From: Antechinus flavipes
Taxonomy: Eukaryota
Direction: 5' to 3'
NCBI RefSeq assembly: GCF_016432865.1
Contig: NC_067398.1
Location: 492,404,001-492,468,000, forward strand
DNA: 64,000 bases
Under the pieces are notes generated by a model. That model saw only the letters and a program-made list of their open reading frames with translations. It was not told the DNA's origin and did not search any database. This document shows positions 1 through 13,185 of this stretch, one piece after another. Within the stretch, counting starts at the first letter, position 1, and every line of letters starts with the position of its first letter. The translations under genes were made by a program, and so were the position numbers.

Positions 1-1039
1 CCAGGAACAGGAGTGAATAGGTTGTGTGTGATAAGAAAATAATTTGCCAAAACTGCAACAATAAAGAGGGCCTGATGGGATCTCTTATGGTATGAATAGC
101 CTGGAGCAGCTGCAGATTTTTCTCTGCTTTCACAATTATTTTCATTTTTATAACAACTAAAAGCTAAATGCTTCGTACAAGCTTGGTGAATCTTGCTTCA
201 GTTCCCAATGTTTCACTCTTTTCCTGTGCATCTTAAAAACAGGGAGAGCAGAGTCCTTGGACAAAATGCCCCTTAAGCATTATGGCTTCAACCGGTCTAA
301 TTCTTGTCCTTCATGTCACCATGACAGTGTATATCCTCTGTGCTAAGCTTACAGCAACCAATCCCCTAGACATTGATAGCACCAAAAGCAAACAAAAACA
401 CTCCAAATGACAACAGCAGCAGTAGCAGCAGACAAAACAAAAACTAACTCCAGCTTTCTAAAATAGTTGCATCGTATAGCTGAGATCCAACGGATTCTCA
501 ATGCTTTGTCAGAAATAAATACTTCTGAAAACTAAAAATGCTGCTCCACTAACTAAATGGCAGTCAGAATGGATGTCACAGAGAAAGGAACTGCAAGGGG
601 TGAGTTGAAGAGGAGTGTAGATGAGGACCCACTATAATGTTACTGCTCCATACTTTGTATTCCTTCCCAGAGGCAGTCAGTCATCAGCATTTATTAAAGG
701 AAGCATCATCGATACCATCATTAACAGTCATTTATTATGAATCTGCTATGTGTCTGTGTAGAGCACTGGATTAGAAAATGGAGACAGGGCTGTCAATTGG
801 GATCAGCCTAACAGCTCAGGCAGGAAATACTGAAGGTTTTCCATAATCTAGTCCCAATTTCCCTTTTTAGTCCAATAGCTCTCTTCCATCTAAATTTGTG
901 CAACTCTGTAAGAACTTTGGGCCTCACTTCTCATCTGTAAAAGGAAAGAGATTAAATGACTACTAAGGCCCTTTCTAGCCTAAGCTAGAAAGTGTTTATT
1001 GATTTTAACAATTATTTAAGTGTTTATTGATTGATTTAT

Positions 1040-2330
1040 CATCCTAGATCAATCATTCCTTTAATATTAATTAAATTAATAAACCCATATCTATTAAGCT
1101 CATCTTCTATACCAGGCACTGTATTAAGTACTGAGGTTACATAGAAAGGCAAAAAACAGTGTCTGTTCTCAAGCTGATGGTGGAAATAGAGAAAAGAAGA
1201 CAAAAGAGGAGTGAGCTCTCCTCTTTCTCTTTTCTCATTCTTCTCTTCCTCTCTAAGTCAGAAAGAGACAAAAACAGAAACAGAGAGAGACACACAGAGA
1301 TAGAGACACAGAGAGAGATAGGAGAGACAGAGAGACAGAGAGAGAGAATCTTAGAGTAAAAATGCTAGCATTAAAGGTGAATGAGAAAAGTTCACTGCAT
1401 AGATGGCATTTTAGCTAAGACTTGAAGGAAGACCTTAAAGAAGTCTTGTGATTTGCTCTCTCCATGGTTACTCTTATGCCATTATTTCCTAATTGAAGTA
1501 TCCTATTACCCTTCCCCCAACCATCTCTAACAGCTTGCTAGTATCTACATTTGGATGTCCCACTACCTCCCCTCCTTCATTATGTATAGAACTGAACTCA
1601 TCTTCCTTCCAAGACAACCCCACTTATGGATTAATGTTACATCATTAATGGTACTATTATTCTCTCAGTGAGAACTTTTCAAACCTGGAACTTTTCCCTC
1701 TCTTTTTTTAAGGAGCTTGAAATTTGGGAGTCTTTGACATGGAAGTAAAGGTGAAGAACTGAGAATAAATGGGGTCTCTGAGGAAATATTGTGTGGAGAG
1801 AAGTGGGAAGAATTTATGGCTGAACCTTTGAGTCAGGAACTGAGAAGATAGGAAGAAGAAGTAGAATGAATAGATTTGGATAAAGAATAAGTTTTAGAGA
1901 AGAAAAAAAAACTACATGACAGGATAGTGTTTTGAAAATTAAAGAGAAATTTGTTTTATGAATGAGAGATGATCGGTTTTATTGCATGTTGCCTAGTGTA
2001 GACTGACAATGGGCCACTGAATTTAATAACTAAAGAGGAGACTTTGGGTGATCTTGAACAGAACTGTTTCAGGAGGGTAGTGGAAGTAGAAGAGATTTTA
2101 AAGAGTTAAAGGATGAGAGGGTTCTCAGAAAGTAAAAGTAATATATTATTTGAGTTTGATGGAGTAATAAGGAAGTAGTAGATATGATATGCTCAAAGAC
2201 CTACTGAATACAAAATTGCCTTCTCACAAAATGAGTAACTCAATGATGGGAATTTAAGGCACAGTTGCAGGTTGACAGAGAAAACTTTTAAAGGGAATTT
2301 TAGTCAGTTCAGAGAACAAGGACTCCAGTT
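1040..2330 (-). mobile_element. Decayed L2 LINE fragments (mostly minus; plus-strand piece ~1430-1690)
   Basis: Typical L2 3' motifs (ctataccaggcactgtattaagtactgagg; gcatagatggcattttagctaagacttgaagga). Boundaries approximate. Confidence 0.6.
1258..1347 (+). repeat. (AG)-rich imperfect microsatellite
   Basis: agagagacacacagagatagagacacagagagagatagg...; explains the RE-rich tail of ORF 1159-1359. Confidence 0.9.
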
Positions 2331-2684
2331 TTCTTACTCACTCTGTGTCTGTCTATATATAATGTCTATTTATACATATATGTATATATATATATAATTT
2401 TTCAGAAACCACTCCCAGCATATACATTTTAGGACTTCATTCAAACTACTGTTCCTCAATATCCTTGTAAAATTCCATGTTAAGGAATAGGAAAAAAGAA
2501 AAGGCTTCTCCCTTTACAGGGAACTGCAGTTGGAACCTGAATTCATTCATTCATTTAATGCCTTTATATTTGATTTATGATATTTTGGAAGTTATTTTGC
2601 CATTATCTAGAAAACCCTATTCCTCTATTTTCAGTAGAAATTCTCATCTAATGGCATCATGATAACTTAAGATTTACATAATGT

Positions 2685-2870
2685 AAGGTTATGCCAGTAT
2701 GTTCCTCACAACAATTCTGTGAAATAGGTAATGCAGATATTAGTGTAACTCTTTACAGATGAAGAAATTGATCCTCACAGAAGTTAAAGAGCTTGCCTGT
2801 TGTTACTCAATTATTGGCAAGTGTCAGAACCATGATTAAAACATATATCTTCTGATATTACATCCAGCAT
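2685..2870 (-). mobile_element. MIR SINE
   Basis: ctcacaacaattctgtgaaatagg...tttacagatgaagaaattga...aagttaaagagcttgcc resembles the MIR core in antisense. Confidence 0.7.
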
Positions 2871-3571
2871 CCAATTTTTTTTTTTTTTACCATACTCTTG
2901 TGCTTTTCAAAAATGACTTTTCATCTTGTCTCTAGTAGTAGTGGTGTAGAGGGTTGATCTGGGGAATCTCATTAACTTGATAAGGGTACCTGAAGTATGG
3001 CTTTTGAGGGGATGGGATTTGACTGCATTTCTCTTTGGAAGGCATGGATATGTCTAATAATTTCACTGGGAGAGTATCTCTGAGATCTAGGAACTCATTC
3101 ATACCTCATGGAGAATGTCATCAAGTCTAGTGTTCAAAAATGCTTTAATTGCCTAAGACTATTTCTTATGGTCTAGAACTTCCCCTTTGTATTATGTCCA
3201 TTAATAGGAGTTCTTTGAGAGATGAGTGGAAAATTAATACCAGCAAAGGTAAAAAATCTGTTCACCAGTGTAGCCTCCTTCAAGAGATCCATTAATTGGC
3301 CAAGAAGGAACAGAAAGAAGCTTGTTGCAGTTGTGTGTGCTTTCAGTCATTTAGACTGAGAGATGAGTGCAAGAATCAGTGGTAGAGCTTCTCAATCATG
3401 TTTTAGAGTCATATGACTCAACCTTCTAAAAAGAAGACTTTGTATTTTTTGAACAATGTCAAATCCTTGGAGATATTGAGAGCTTGGCCTTCTACAGAGA
3501 GGGAAAAGGAAAAGCTTTTAAACTATCACGGTCTTGGAGACAAGAAGCCTGAGAATGCAACTCTAGAATTA

Positions 3572-3586
3572 GGGGGGGGGGGGGGG
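3572..3586 (+). repeat. poly-G run (G15)
   Basis: 15 consecutive G. Confidence 0.95.
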
Positions 3587-4334
3587 TCATGCAGGGACTC
3601 AGCCATGAGAATAATGAGCAAAAACTGAAAAGAAATTTATTTCCTTTTAGAGGTAGTAACAAATCCTTAGAGAGTAATATTGGAAATCTAGAAGTCTATC
3701 TAGGTCTCTGAAGTTTCCAGTATAAGTGTTATCTTGAATTTTTGAAGAGATTCTGAAGACCACAGTACATGGTGCATAATAAAAGCTTATTAAATATTTG
3801 TTGAATTGCCATCTGTGCAGATCTAAGCATGTGCCATCTTATGAGGTTCTCAGATTTTAGGTGGAGATGAAATGAACCAGAAACAAGATTTTGGGGGCCG
3901 CTCCCAAAATTGAATTTGGCTTGGATAAGCGCAGAGGTTGGTGTGCTAGACCACTGATTAAAGCAGTGATAAAAACAGGGGTTTTTTTTTTTTTTTCATT
4001 TTTAATATAAAACAAGTCTCATTTTATTTTTTATTTTATTTAACAAATTCCCTTTTATAATATCCTTCAAAGTGCTCTAGAAAAAAAGGTTTCATCTCAA
4101 CTAAGGCCAAAATACAGATTCATCAAAGTTGAAATGGAAGAGGCATTTAATAGTTTAGTTCACTGTTCACCAGTTCAGGACTGCAAGGAAAGAAAAAAAT
4201 AATAGCAAGAGGATTAAATGGCTACCAATTTGTGAGTATCCAGTCTTAATACGTTTATTGATTTTGGACTACACTTCAGTGCTTCGGCTGTCTTTAACCA
4301 TCAAACTTTGTATGAAAGGTTATAGATCATCTCA

Positions 4335-4540
4335 GAGGAGGCACTATAGCACAACATACTGATCCTCAACCAGAAAACATAGAAGATATGAGTTCTAATC
4401 TCCACTTTACTATAGAATCCCTATGGGATTTTGGGTAAATCATCAGCTAATTGCTTTGGTTTCTCTTTGTAGAAAGGGATTACTCAGGAGGCCTGTTTGA
4501 ATGAAGGGTGAATATTAAACTTCAGAAATTAAAGGATAAA
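4335..4540 (+). mobile_element. MIR SINE
   Basis: ggaggcactatagcacaac...agatatgagttctaatctccac...tctctttgtagaaaggg resembles a decayed MIR head and core. Confidence 0.6.
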
Positions 4541-4664
4541 ACTATAATGACATCAGTAATTCTTTGTTAGAAAGTGGAATCTCATATATTTCTTATTCTT
4601 CCATATTCCTTTCTATCAGAATGGAGAATTTGGGATATAGCATAATTATTATTCATCTGTCAGT

Positions 4665-4666
<2 letters not shown>

Positions 4667-4704
<38 letters not shown>
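4667..4704 (+). repeat. (GT)19 microsatellite
   Basis: Direct reading. Confidence 0.95.
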
Positions 4705-4709
<5 letters not shown>

Positions 4710-5347
4710 ACGGGTCAGTCTAATGTATTTACCTTGGATAGGCATTGCAAACAAACAATGATCTGGGTCCAGAATTGGTTAGGAGAAGGGGCTATATTGT
4801 CTTTGTAAAATTGTTTCTAGTTCTAAAGCCCCAAATTTCTCCCTGAAACAAAGGACCATCTAAAAATAATGTAATGTGTTGCTATGAGTCATATAAGACT
4901 ATAACCAGTTGACTGTTATTAAAAAATTGACTTAAATGCTGGTGCTACAAAGACAAAAATGAAGAAGACTCTATCCTCAAGGAGCTTATTTCTATAGGTA
5001 AATAGCTGATGTCACAGATCATTTAAAGGATAATGGAAGAGTACATGGTGAACATAAATAGGCTAAAGCACATTACAAAGAAGGAATCATGAAGTAGCAT
5101 GAAGGATGTCCAATGTACTAATTAAAAATAAGATGAAGGAAAAAGCAAGATATCTTACAAGAGAAAGGGATAACCGATAGGCAGTTTGAATATTCAAAAT
5201 GATAGAAGCATCAGGCCTCCAGAATCAGAGAACCTGGGTTGGAATTCTACTATTAGTATTTAATTCTTATGGAATCTTGAGCAAGACACCTCTATGGGCC
5301 TCAGCTTTGTCTTGCATAGAATGAGGGAATTGAACTATATAAATTCT

Positions 5348-5516
5348 TTTTTTAAAAAAAATTTTTTTAATTAAAGCTTTTTATTTTCAAAACATATGCA
5401 TAGATTTTTTTTTTCAAAATTGACCCTTGTAAAACCTTGTGTTCTAAATTTTCCCCTCCTTCCCCCACTCCCTCACTTAGATGACAAGTAATCCAGTATA
5501 TGTTAAACGTTAAAAT
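5348..5516 (-). mobile_element. Marsupial L1 3' end inserted into a MIR (MIR ~5205-5550)
   Basis: T-rich tail then aaagctttttattttcaaaacatatgca...gacccttgtaaaaccttgtgttctaaatttt; MIR sequence lies on both sides. Confidence 0.8.
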
Positions 5517-6179
5517 AGACCATATAACTTCTATGGTATCTTTTAGCTTTATTTTGTTTCATGTTAAACTGGTCCTTGTGAACCTAAGTAATCTCAAAAA
5601 AGATCTCCAATACATTGTGTGAAAGGAATGTCCCACCCCTTTATTTTACTACCATTTTTGGGTAAGATATAAACAAGAATTTCATAAGATAAGGAAACAT
5701 ATTTGGATTGTGATTGGCATTGTTGGAAAGGATAGTTTTATTTAGGAGATTGAAAATTCATCAGAGTATTAGAACAAACAATGATCATAATGTCTCACAT
5801 TCCTATACAACATATCTTACAAAATAGTTTCCTCATGACAACCTTATAAAATATACATTATTATTCTTGTTTTGTGATGTTCTAAAAGATCAATATGTAG
5901 TTAATAATATTATTAACATATTTATATTGCTAGTTTGATGGATCTGTAATCTCACTGATGTGAATGCTTTTGCCAAGTATTTCCTCTCTGATGGCATTCT
6001 TTATGCTACTCTTCTTGTGAAATTCTTCAATTTTAATATGGTATAGCTCACTCATACTCACCTTGCTTCTTTTTATTCAAAGTGAGCATCAATAATATCT
6101 TGGATGGAAAAGTGATTAAATTGTTTACACTTTTTTAACCCAAAAGACCTACAAATGAATGTTAATCTCAAGGGAGGTC

Positions 6180-6700
6180 AGGAAAAGAAAGAAAAATATG
6201 ATATATAGCAAAGTCTTCATATCAGCACTTTTTGTGGTAGCAAAGAGTAAAAAAGTGATTGGAGCCCTATTTATCAGAGAAGAAGTGAATAAACTATATA
6301 GTGTATGATTGGACTATATTATTGCTCAGAAATAGGAGGAATTCAGAGAAATGTAAGAAGATATCCACAATGAAATAGAGTAAAATAAGATCCAGAAGAA
6401 CAATAGACAATGACTACAACAATGTCAATGAAAACACTTGAGGTTTACTTCTGAGTAACTGAAAAACCAATAATGGTACTGGAGAACTCATAATAAAACA
6501 TATCCTCTTTGTAGCAGAGAGACAGGAGAATATAGGAGCAAGATGTTTCATGTATTGTGACAAGTAGGCATTGAATCAATTGTTTTAACTCAACTGATTT
6601 TCTTTACTAGAAAGGAGGATTCATTGAGGGAGAGAGAAATTTTATCCAAATAAGAATGTGATGGGCAAACAAAAATTTTAAAAGATAATAATTTTATGAT
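6180..6700 (+). mobile_element. Old L1 ORF2-end/3' UTR fragment
   Basis: agcactttttgtggtagcaaagag...agagaagaagtgaataaactatatagtgtatgattggactatattattgc resembles the L1 3' consensus. Confidence 0.7.
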
Positions 6701-6909
6701 TTAAAAATATCAAGAATTTGTTTAGGGGACTGGATGAATAAGATTCAAGTTTTTCTTTTTTCTTCCCAAATCAAATTATCTACTTTGTGAAAATATTGAA
6801 GTCCATGAGTACTCATTCAAATTGCATTTTATTTAGATTTTTTTTCAAGTTTAATTATTAGAGGTTAACTTAAAAGCAATGTTGTTGGATTTTTGTTTTT
6901 GTTTTTTAG

Positions 6910-6961
6910 ATGGGTCAGTGATATAGAAGATTAGAATACTTTATCTTGTTCTCATTGAAAG
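6910..6961 (+). other. Candidate 52-nt non-coding exon
   Basis: Acceptor tttttgtttttgttttttag and donor AAAG|gtaagg; stops in all three frames. Confidence 0.3.
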
Positions 6962-7964
6962 GTAAGGAAAGCAAAATTCGCAGAGGAGACAAATAAACCT
7001 CTGGCTTCTCTCAGTAGATTACTGCCACTTGTGTGCCTCAGAGATACCCAAAGTCACAAATTGATACTGCTTGTATCAATAGGGTCTCGGTAAACTGAGT
7101 ATTAATATTCACCTTTCGCCATGTATCATAATTAAGAACTAGAGCTGAAACACCATACTTTTTCCCCCTTTATGCTATGATTGCCTCCATGCCTTTGTTT
7201 ATGAGCATGTGCATGTGTAAATGGATGTTTCCATACACCCTTAATGACAGAGTTTAGCAAGGCAGATCTGAGACTCACCTCAGCAGACATAGTTTCACTT
7301 GTTTAAGGAAAATGTTTCTTGTTTATGCTGCAGGCAAAACAATGAGGCTTACCTAGGGTCTGTTGTAAAATGAGCCATCTGTGGCAGCTGTGCTGTTCAA
7401 CCTGGACCCACTATACCCTTTGTGCAGAGCTCTTGGGTCTCTCCCAGTGGTTTGGCAGCAATAGGGATGATTACAGGGCTCTTTTGTAGGTCAGATTGAC
7501 ATGGGATCTCCTGATGTCCACGGAAAACCCATTAGAACATCTGCATTGATGCGAAATGCAAGTGCTGAATATGAGAGTGAATTATCAGTGTCTCCTTTAT
7601 AGGATGCCTGGAAAGCAAGGCCCAGCTGAGCTATAAGCTATCAACAGCTTATATACATTGGCTACATTGTTTCAAGGAGCTGGGAAAGATGCATATTTCT
7701 CCCTCTTCTAAGGGCAAGCAGATGGAAGAAATGATTTTTCATCATTCCATTCATATAGTTGCTTGTAGCAATTTATCCCAAATTTGGAGGCCCCAGATCA
7801 CAGAAAAATTCTGCAGTAACTTTCTTTCCTATGGATGGGGAGATAATGATGTTCTAGTTGTTCTGATTCACCCTAAGTAGTTTATTTTCTCTATAGGGAG
7901 GGGAGAATTAGATGCAACCAAGATTTTCTGTTATTATTGCTACTGCATCAGCTTGTGGGCATGG

Positions 7965-8085
7965 TATCTCCCATTTAAAGTGTGAGCATCTTGAGAGTAG
8001 GGGCTGTCTTTTTTAATTGCATCTCTTTGCACTTAGCACAGGGCTTAGCACAAAATAAGTGCTTAGTAAGGCTTTTGCATTCATC
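7965..8085 (+). mobile_element. L2 3' end
   Basis: tgtgagcatcttgagagtaggggctgtc...acttagcacagggcttagcacaaaataagtgcttagtaagg. Confidence 0.75.
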
Positions 8086-9548
8086 CTTTTTTTTTTTTTT
8101 TTAAGTTCCTTGCCTTTATCATTATCACTATTATTGTTATTTCTTCCCCATAAATTAGTCTGATTTCCCCAAACCTTTCTATGATACATCACTAAAAGAT
8201 TATCACAGGCTGTTAACTATAGTAAAGAAAAAACTTGATACAGACTTTGAGGCAAGAGTTGGTTATGGTCGCTCCTCCTATATATAACACTTGCATTTAC
8301 TTTCCATGGGTGTTCTCCTGGGACCCTCCATTTCCTGCTGCTTTATCTCCCCCCTCCTTCTCCCTTCACTCTCCGAACCTCCTTGTATCCTTAGAGGTTT
8401 TGCATCTTGGCAGCTTTCCCTATGACCAAAGTAAGCTGAAAATGACTCCTGCTAGCTTTCTTTGGCACATCAGTGTCATCATGCACCCCAACTGGGACCT
8501 GAAATAGGGGGATCACTTAAAACCAATGGAAGGCACTCTGAACTGCCTTCCCTAGGCTGTCAGGGGAGTAACTTAAGGTAGTCTCTGGATTAAAAGTAAT
8601 CTTTCTTTCATTTCATACTAAAAACATTTTTTTTTTTTTACATTCCACAAAACTCTCCCTTTTGGGCCTTCCTTTGTCTAAAGTTAATATTTCCTGCATT
8701 GACTCCTATAACAATCATCACGTGAAAGGTCGAGGGCTAAGGAATTCAGAATCAATTAAGACTCTACCAGGAAATCAAAACCTTCTGTTAAGCTGTAAAA
8801 TGTTCTGGGATGAATTGATGCCACCTGATAATATTGCATCAGAGATGCATTGTGAAGCATGATATTCAAGGCCAAATGTCTCTTTCCACAAAAGGTACAA
8901 TCCCCTTATCACATGAAACTTATCAGGATTAGAAGAAAAGAAGTAATAAGTGAGAACATGGCACCTTAAATAATAATTGGAGTATTTTTGAATGACTAAA
9001 AAAAATAAATTCTTTATCATAGTGATTATTTCCCTGACTCTTAGGAAGATTAAATGTTTTATAGTTACAGAACCCACCTCAGACCTTATTATCTATATTA
9101 CACTGAGCATGTCATGACCCATTTTTCCTTAGTTCTATCATCTGTAAAATGAGAGGATTGGAGTTCATGGTCTCTATAGTTTTTTGGCCTCTAAATCTAG
9201 GAACCTATGATTTTTTGACAAAATCAAAGAACCATGAGACTACTCAGAAATATAGAAAATTATTTCCTTTTTAAAAGTAGTGTGTTAATAATGTTTATGA
9301 TGAAGCATAAATAGTGTCTTCTGTATCACAGATACATAGAAACAAACTATGCAAAACCTAGTATCCAAGTTGGCCACTGTGTGCAGTCAGTAATACATAT
9401 GTTGTATGAAGAAATTAAAAAAAATTTTTTTTTCTAATGCTGTCTCAGAATTAGTTATCAAGGACATAAAAATTCAATGGAATTTTTTATAGGAAGAAGA
9501 ACTCATTTTATTTACCTCTTTCCCTGCCCTGTTACTGGCTGGTTAAAG

Positions 9549-9628
9549 TGTCAATCAGCACTAAAAATGGCCAACTTAAAACAACAACCAATTAAAACTG
9601 TTGGAAGCCAGTTGATGCTGATTGACAG
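9549..9628. promoter_or_regulatory. Two inverted PBX-MEIS/PKNOX-type sites
   Basis: TGTCAATCA at 9549-9557 (TGATTGACA on minus) and TGATTGACAG at 9619-9628. Confidence 0.45.
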
Positions 9629-9630
9629 CA

Positions 9631-9646
9631 TTGCTCTCTAGTGGCA
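9631..9646 (-). promoter_or_regulatory. CTCF-like motif (reverse orientation)
   Basis: Minus strand reads tgCCACTAGAGAGCAa versus consensus CCASYAGRKGGCR (1 mismatch). Confidence 0.4.
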
Positions 9647-11027
9647 GGGGACATGGAAATGTGAGAGCATGATGGACACATCCATCTCCTTCCCTTCCCA
9701 TCCTCCCATTCAGCCTAGATAGGACAGGGACAACAGATAACTGCAAATGCTACGCACCCATGTCTGTACTCCAGGTTCCAGACAAAACTTCAGATATCGG
9801 CTTAATACCTCCCATAGTGCTTCAGAAATAACTGGGGAACAGGGAAGAGGATCTAGATGTGGTCCCATGGAACAATACTTCCAAATGCCCTATTGTGACT
9901 ATAATTGTAGCTAAGATTCAGGCACAAGGGATGGTATTATTAAAATCAATATATATATAAAGTCAAAATTCAGGAATAATCAAATTATAGAATCATAGAT
10001 TCAGATAATTAGTTCAAAGTTTTCATTTTACACTTAAGGAAAGCTCCAAAGGAGCAGTGACCCCCCTCCCCCTGCCCCCAAAGTCAGTTGGGAAATAAAT
10101 GACAAAGCCAGAATTTGAACTCAGGTTTTCTGGATTCAAATCCAGTATTCTTTCAACTGCTCCACATTGCCACATTTTAATGAGGAAGTAGATGGAAATG
10201 ACATAGCAACAACAAGAATTCTTTCAAAGCTATTTAAACCAAGCTGAGAACACAACATTCAATTTTTTTTGTTGTTGTTGTTGTTTTTGTTTTGCCTTTT
10301 TTTAATCCTGATTTTCATTCTCTTCTGTATCCTTCCTGCATAGTGTTTTGGGAAAAGTGGTGATTGGTGAGCTTCAGTGGTATAAATAAATGATGGGAGA
10401 ACATACTTGTGCATCCTCCCATGATCACCAGAATGTATGTTACATTGCTGTTCATACATGATTATACAGGATAAGCTGTCAGGGTTTCCATAAAACAAAC
10501 AAACAAAAAAAACTTTAATTTTTATCATTATGTCTCCTTACCATTTCTCCTCCACCCGCCACTCCCACTTTCTAATGGATGTTTTTAGAGTAAGTTTTGT
10601 CCCCAAATATCACTCCTTCTTTGGTTGTTTCCCTTCATTCTAAGAGTTGGAGTCTGCAAGTTTTCCTGAAACACTAGATTGAAAAAAAATAGGCATGGTT
10701 TAACAGCCCAAGAGACTGTGACTGCAAAACGCTTACCCACAATTCCTGTTCCCAGGTCCTTCTCCAATCCCAGGGCACACAAGGGCTTTACTTTTTGATT
10801 GTGACAGGTAGGACCTGCTTTTTCTTTAATGAGCCAGACTTGATTTTTATTCCCTGTTCTGGGAAGGACATAGCTGCTCTGCTTATGTGAAACCTTGCCT
10901 CAGTTTTGTTAATGGGATAGACACGGTGTTTTGGTCTAATGTGTCATTTTAATAGCATGTAGATTGTTCATCCATGGGAGTGTATATAAAACCAGGAAAG
11001 CAGTAAGTTTGCAGTGTGCTCATACTG

Positions 11028-11033
<6 letters not shown>

Positions 11034-11058
<25 letters not shown>
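11034..11058 (+). repeat. (TA)n microsatellite
   Basis: Direct reading. Confidence 0.95.
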
Positions 11059-11531
11059 TCAGACCCTACTCCAGGAATATCATCCTCCTCTCCTGAAGTG
11101 TGTGAGCTGCTAGCAATCTTCTTACATTACCTGTGACCCACTCCATCACTCCATTCAGTGAATATGATAGATTACAGGACATAATATAGAAAAATGCAGT
11201 GTATAGCATATAAACTCACAGAGCATATCTGATTTAATATATAAATGCACAGAAGCCATTTTACAATACATAGTCAAAAAGACTACAAGCTGCTGCATTG
11301 ATGCTGTGCCCAGTTCAAGAAAATAAGGCAGGTTTCCATTGCCAGAAAAAAGCCTCGTATTCAATTTCTCATCCAGCATAGAGCATAAATAAAACATGGT
11401 GTACGGTAATACCAAACTGGATGAAGTGATTTTCCTTAGTACATAAACTTCTAGCACCCCAGTCTTTGCTTCAAGCTGAATTCTCCCAGTCGGCTCAGGC
11501 TGCAGCAGGGAATTGAATGACCTTCTACAAC

Positions 11532-11541
11532 GGGAACTTCC
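11532..11541 (+). promoter_or_regulatory. NF-kB consensus site
   Basis: GGGAACTTCC fits GGGRNNYYCC; it lies in a non-repetitive block with 4 CpGs (11400-11580). Confidence 0.4.
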
Positions 11542-11666
11542 CACTTAACAGATTCCAAGACTCTGCTGGGCCTCACGCTAATGGACAGCCATTAACCATT
11601 TTGGAGCTTCCTAGAATTCCCTGGAGCAATGTAAGCTGAGTCCTAGATCTCTCCAGAGCAAGAAGT

Positions 11667-11686
11667 TGACAGACAGCTGTCAATCA
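11667..11686. promoter_or_regulatory. Composite MEIS/E-box/PBX site
   Basis: TGACAGACAGCTGTCAATCA contains TGACAG, CAGCTG and TGATTGACAG (minus, 11677-11686). Confidence 0.45.
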
Positions 11687-12747
11687 ATTGGGACTTCTTG
11701 AAGCTTTACCCTGTAGCTAATAAAAGTGCTCAGTGTTTATAATGGGAAAAGATTATCATGACAACATTAATGTGATTTAATAAAACTATTAACATAGATT
11801 TTCACCTACTATCTAATTACCTATCTATCTGAGCAAAATATGCTCCCTCCTTTATTATTATTACATAGTGGAGTTCGGTTGATTTTTGTTTTGTGGCTAA
11901 TGAAGTCATTTGGACTTTTCTGAACTGGTTAAGTCATCATTTATGGAAGTATTCAATTTCTGTGAAAATTATGCAAATGACAAAATGTGTTTTAAACCAA
12001 GGTAAAAAAAAAAAGTTATCATTGTTTTCATTATTACTAGAATTTTCATCTTTATTTGATAGAGTACAGGCAAGAAAGGTTCTGGAACAAGTCACTATCA
12101 TGCTTTTGGGGGTTTTATGCTTAATATACAATAGACAATTGTATAGGCAGATAAAACAATTGCTTATTATAATTGAATAGAGGTATTAGAAAGAAAGCAT
12201 ATTTTTTGTAGCCTCACTGAAAACATCTTTGGGACAATTTTAATAGCAGAGAGGATGATGGGAATGATTTATATTTCGTGCAATTCCCACATAGCTCTAA
12301 TTTCCTCTCTTTGGGTTCTTATTAGATAGATAGAAGGTTATTGATATTTGATATGTTATCTGTTAAAATACAATTCTTAATTTGGAGAGGTTATTGTTTG
12401 TCGAAGGGATTATTATTCTTATTGATTTACTATTACTTTCTTTTGGTCTTATGGGGGGAAAAGATTTGGTACTAGTTAACTTTCTAGTTATGGGATTCCA
12501 AAGCAAGAAGGGGTTTTAGAGATCATCAATTCTTTTACCTTAGGCTCAGTTTCAGATTCATTCTTTTGGGTTACTTGCTGTATTTGCATTTGTTTCCTAT
12601 CTCCTCCCCCCTTTCTTCCCCTCCCCCCCACTATAAATAAGGGTAATAACCTTATGTTGATTATCTTTGATCTATTGGCTAATGTTGGAAGAACAACTTC
12701 AGAATGAGACTCAGTAGATCACTTAGGGGGGAAAAAAGAGTCAGGAC

Positions 12748-12757
12748 TGCTTAGTCA
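12748..12757 (-). promoter_or_regulatory. ARE/NF-E2-type motif
   Basis: TGCTTAGTCA is TGACTAAGCA on minus (TGACnnnGC), flanked by a repeated agtcaggact. Confidence 0.25.
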
Positions 12758-13014
12758 GGACTCATGTAGAGAAGCAAGTCACTCATTCTGTTGAAAACAA
12801 CAGCTCTTCAAAGCTGATTTAAAATCCTTGGAGTCACGTTCAAGTGGGAATTTTGAGTAGCTCCTGCCATGACCTCTTGCTTGAGGTGGCCAGAGTGCAC
12901 CATCCATGTCAGAAGTTTATTCTATTTCCTAATTTGAATTTATAGGAAATAGATATAGGCTGGGAATAAAAGAAATAAGACCTGACCTTTCAAATTTGAT
13001 TCTTTTCCTGACAG

Positions 13015-13185
13015 TGCAGATAAACTGCATATTTAAGTATTATGCTTCTCCCTGTCTTTTTTTTGACCATTTGAGGGGAGCCCTCAGTCAATTGAGTAGC
13101 TCAAATAAAGCCATTTGCTTTTACCTTTATCCACTTGGTTATTCTAAACACATATTTAGACATGTTTTCAATGGAAATAATGGAG
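13015..13185 (+). CDS. Candidate 171-nt symmetric exon (phase 1-1), product unrecognised
   Basis: Acceptor tttgattcttttcctgacag, ctgac branch-like site at ~12982, donor GAG|gtaagc; one open frame (QINCIFKYY...FNGNNG). Confidence 0.2.

Noticed and set aside
242-410. 55-codon frame with a hydrophobic stretch (GEQSPW...LILVLHVTMTVYILCA...) after an AG
   Set aside because: The acceptor is purine-interrupted, there is no homology I recognise, and hydrophobic runs are expected in T-rich DNA.
7353-7378. Minus-strand MAHFTTDP resembling the TNIP3 N-terminus (MAHF...)
   Set aside because: Only four residues match; no other TNIP3-like exon seen.
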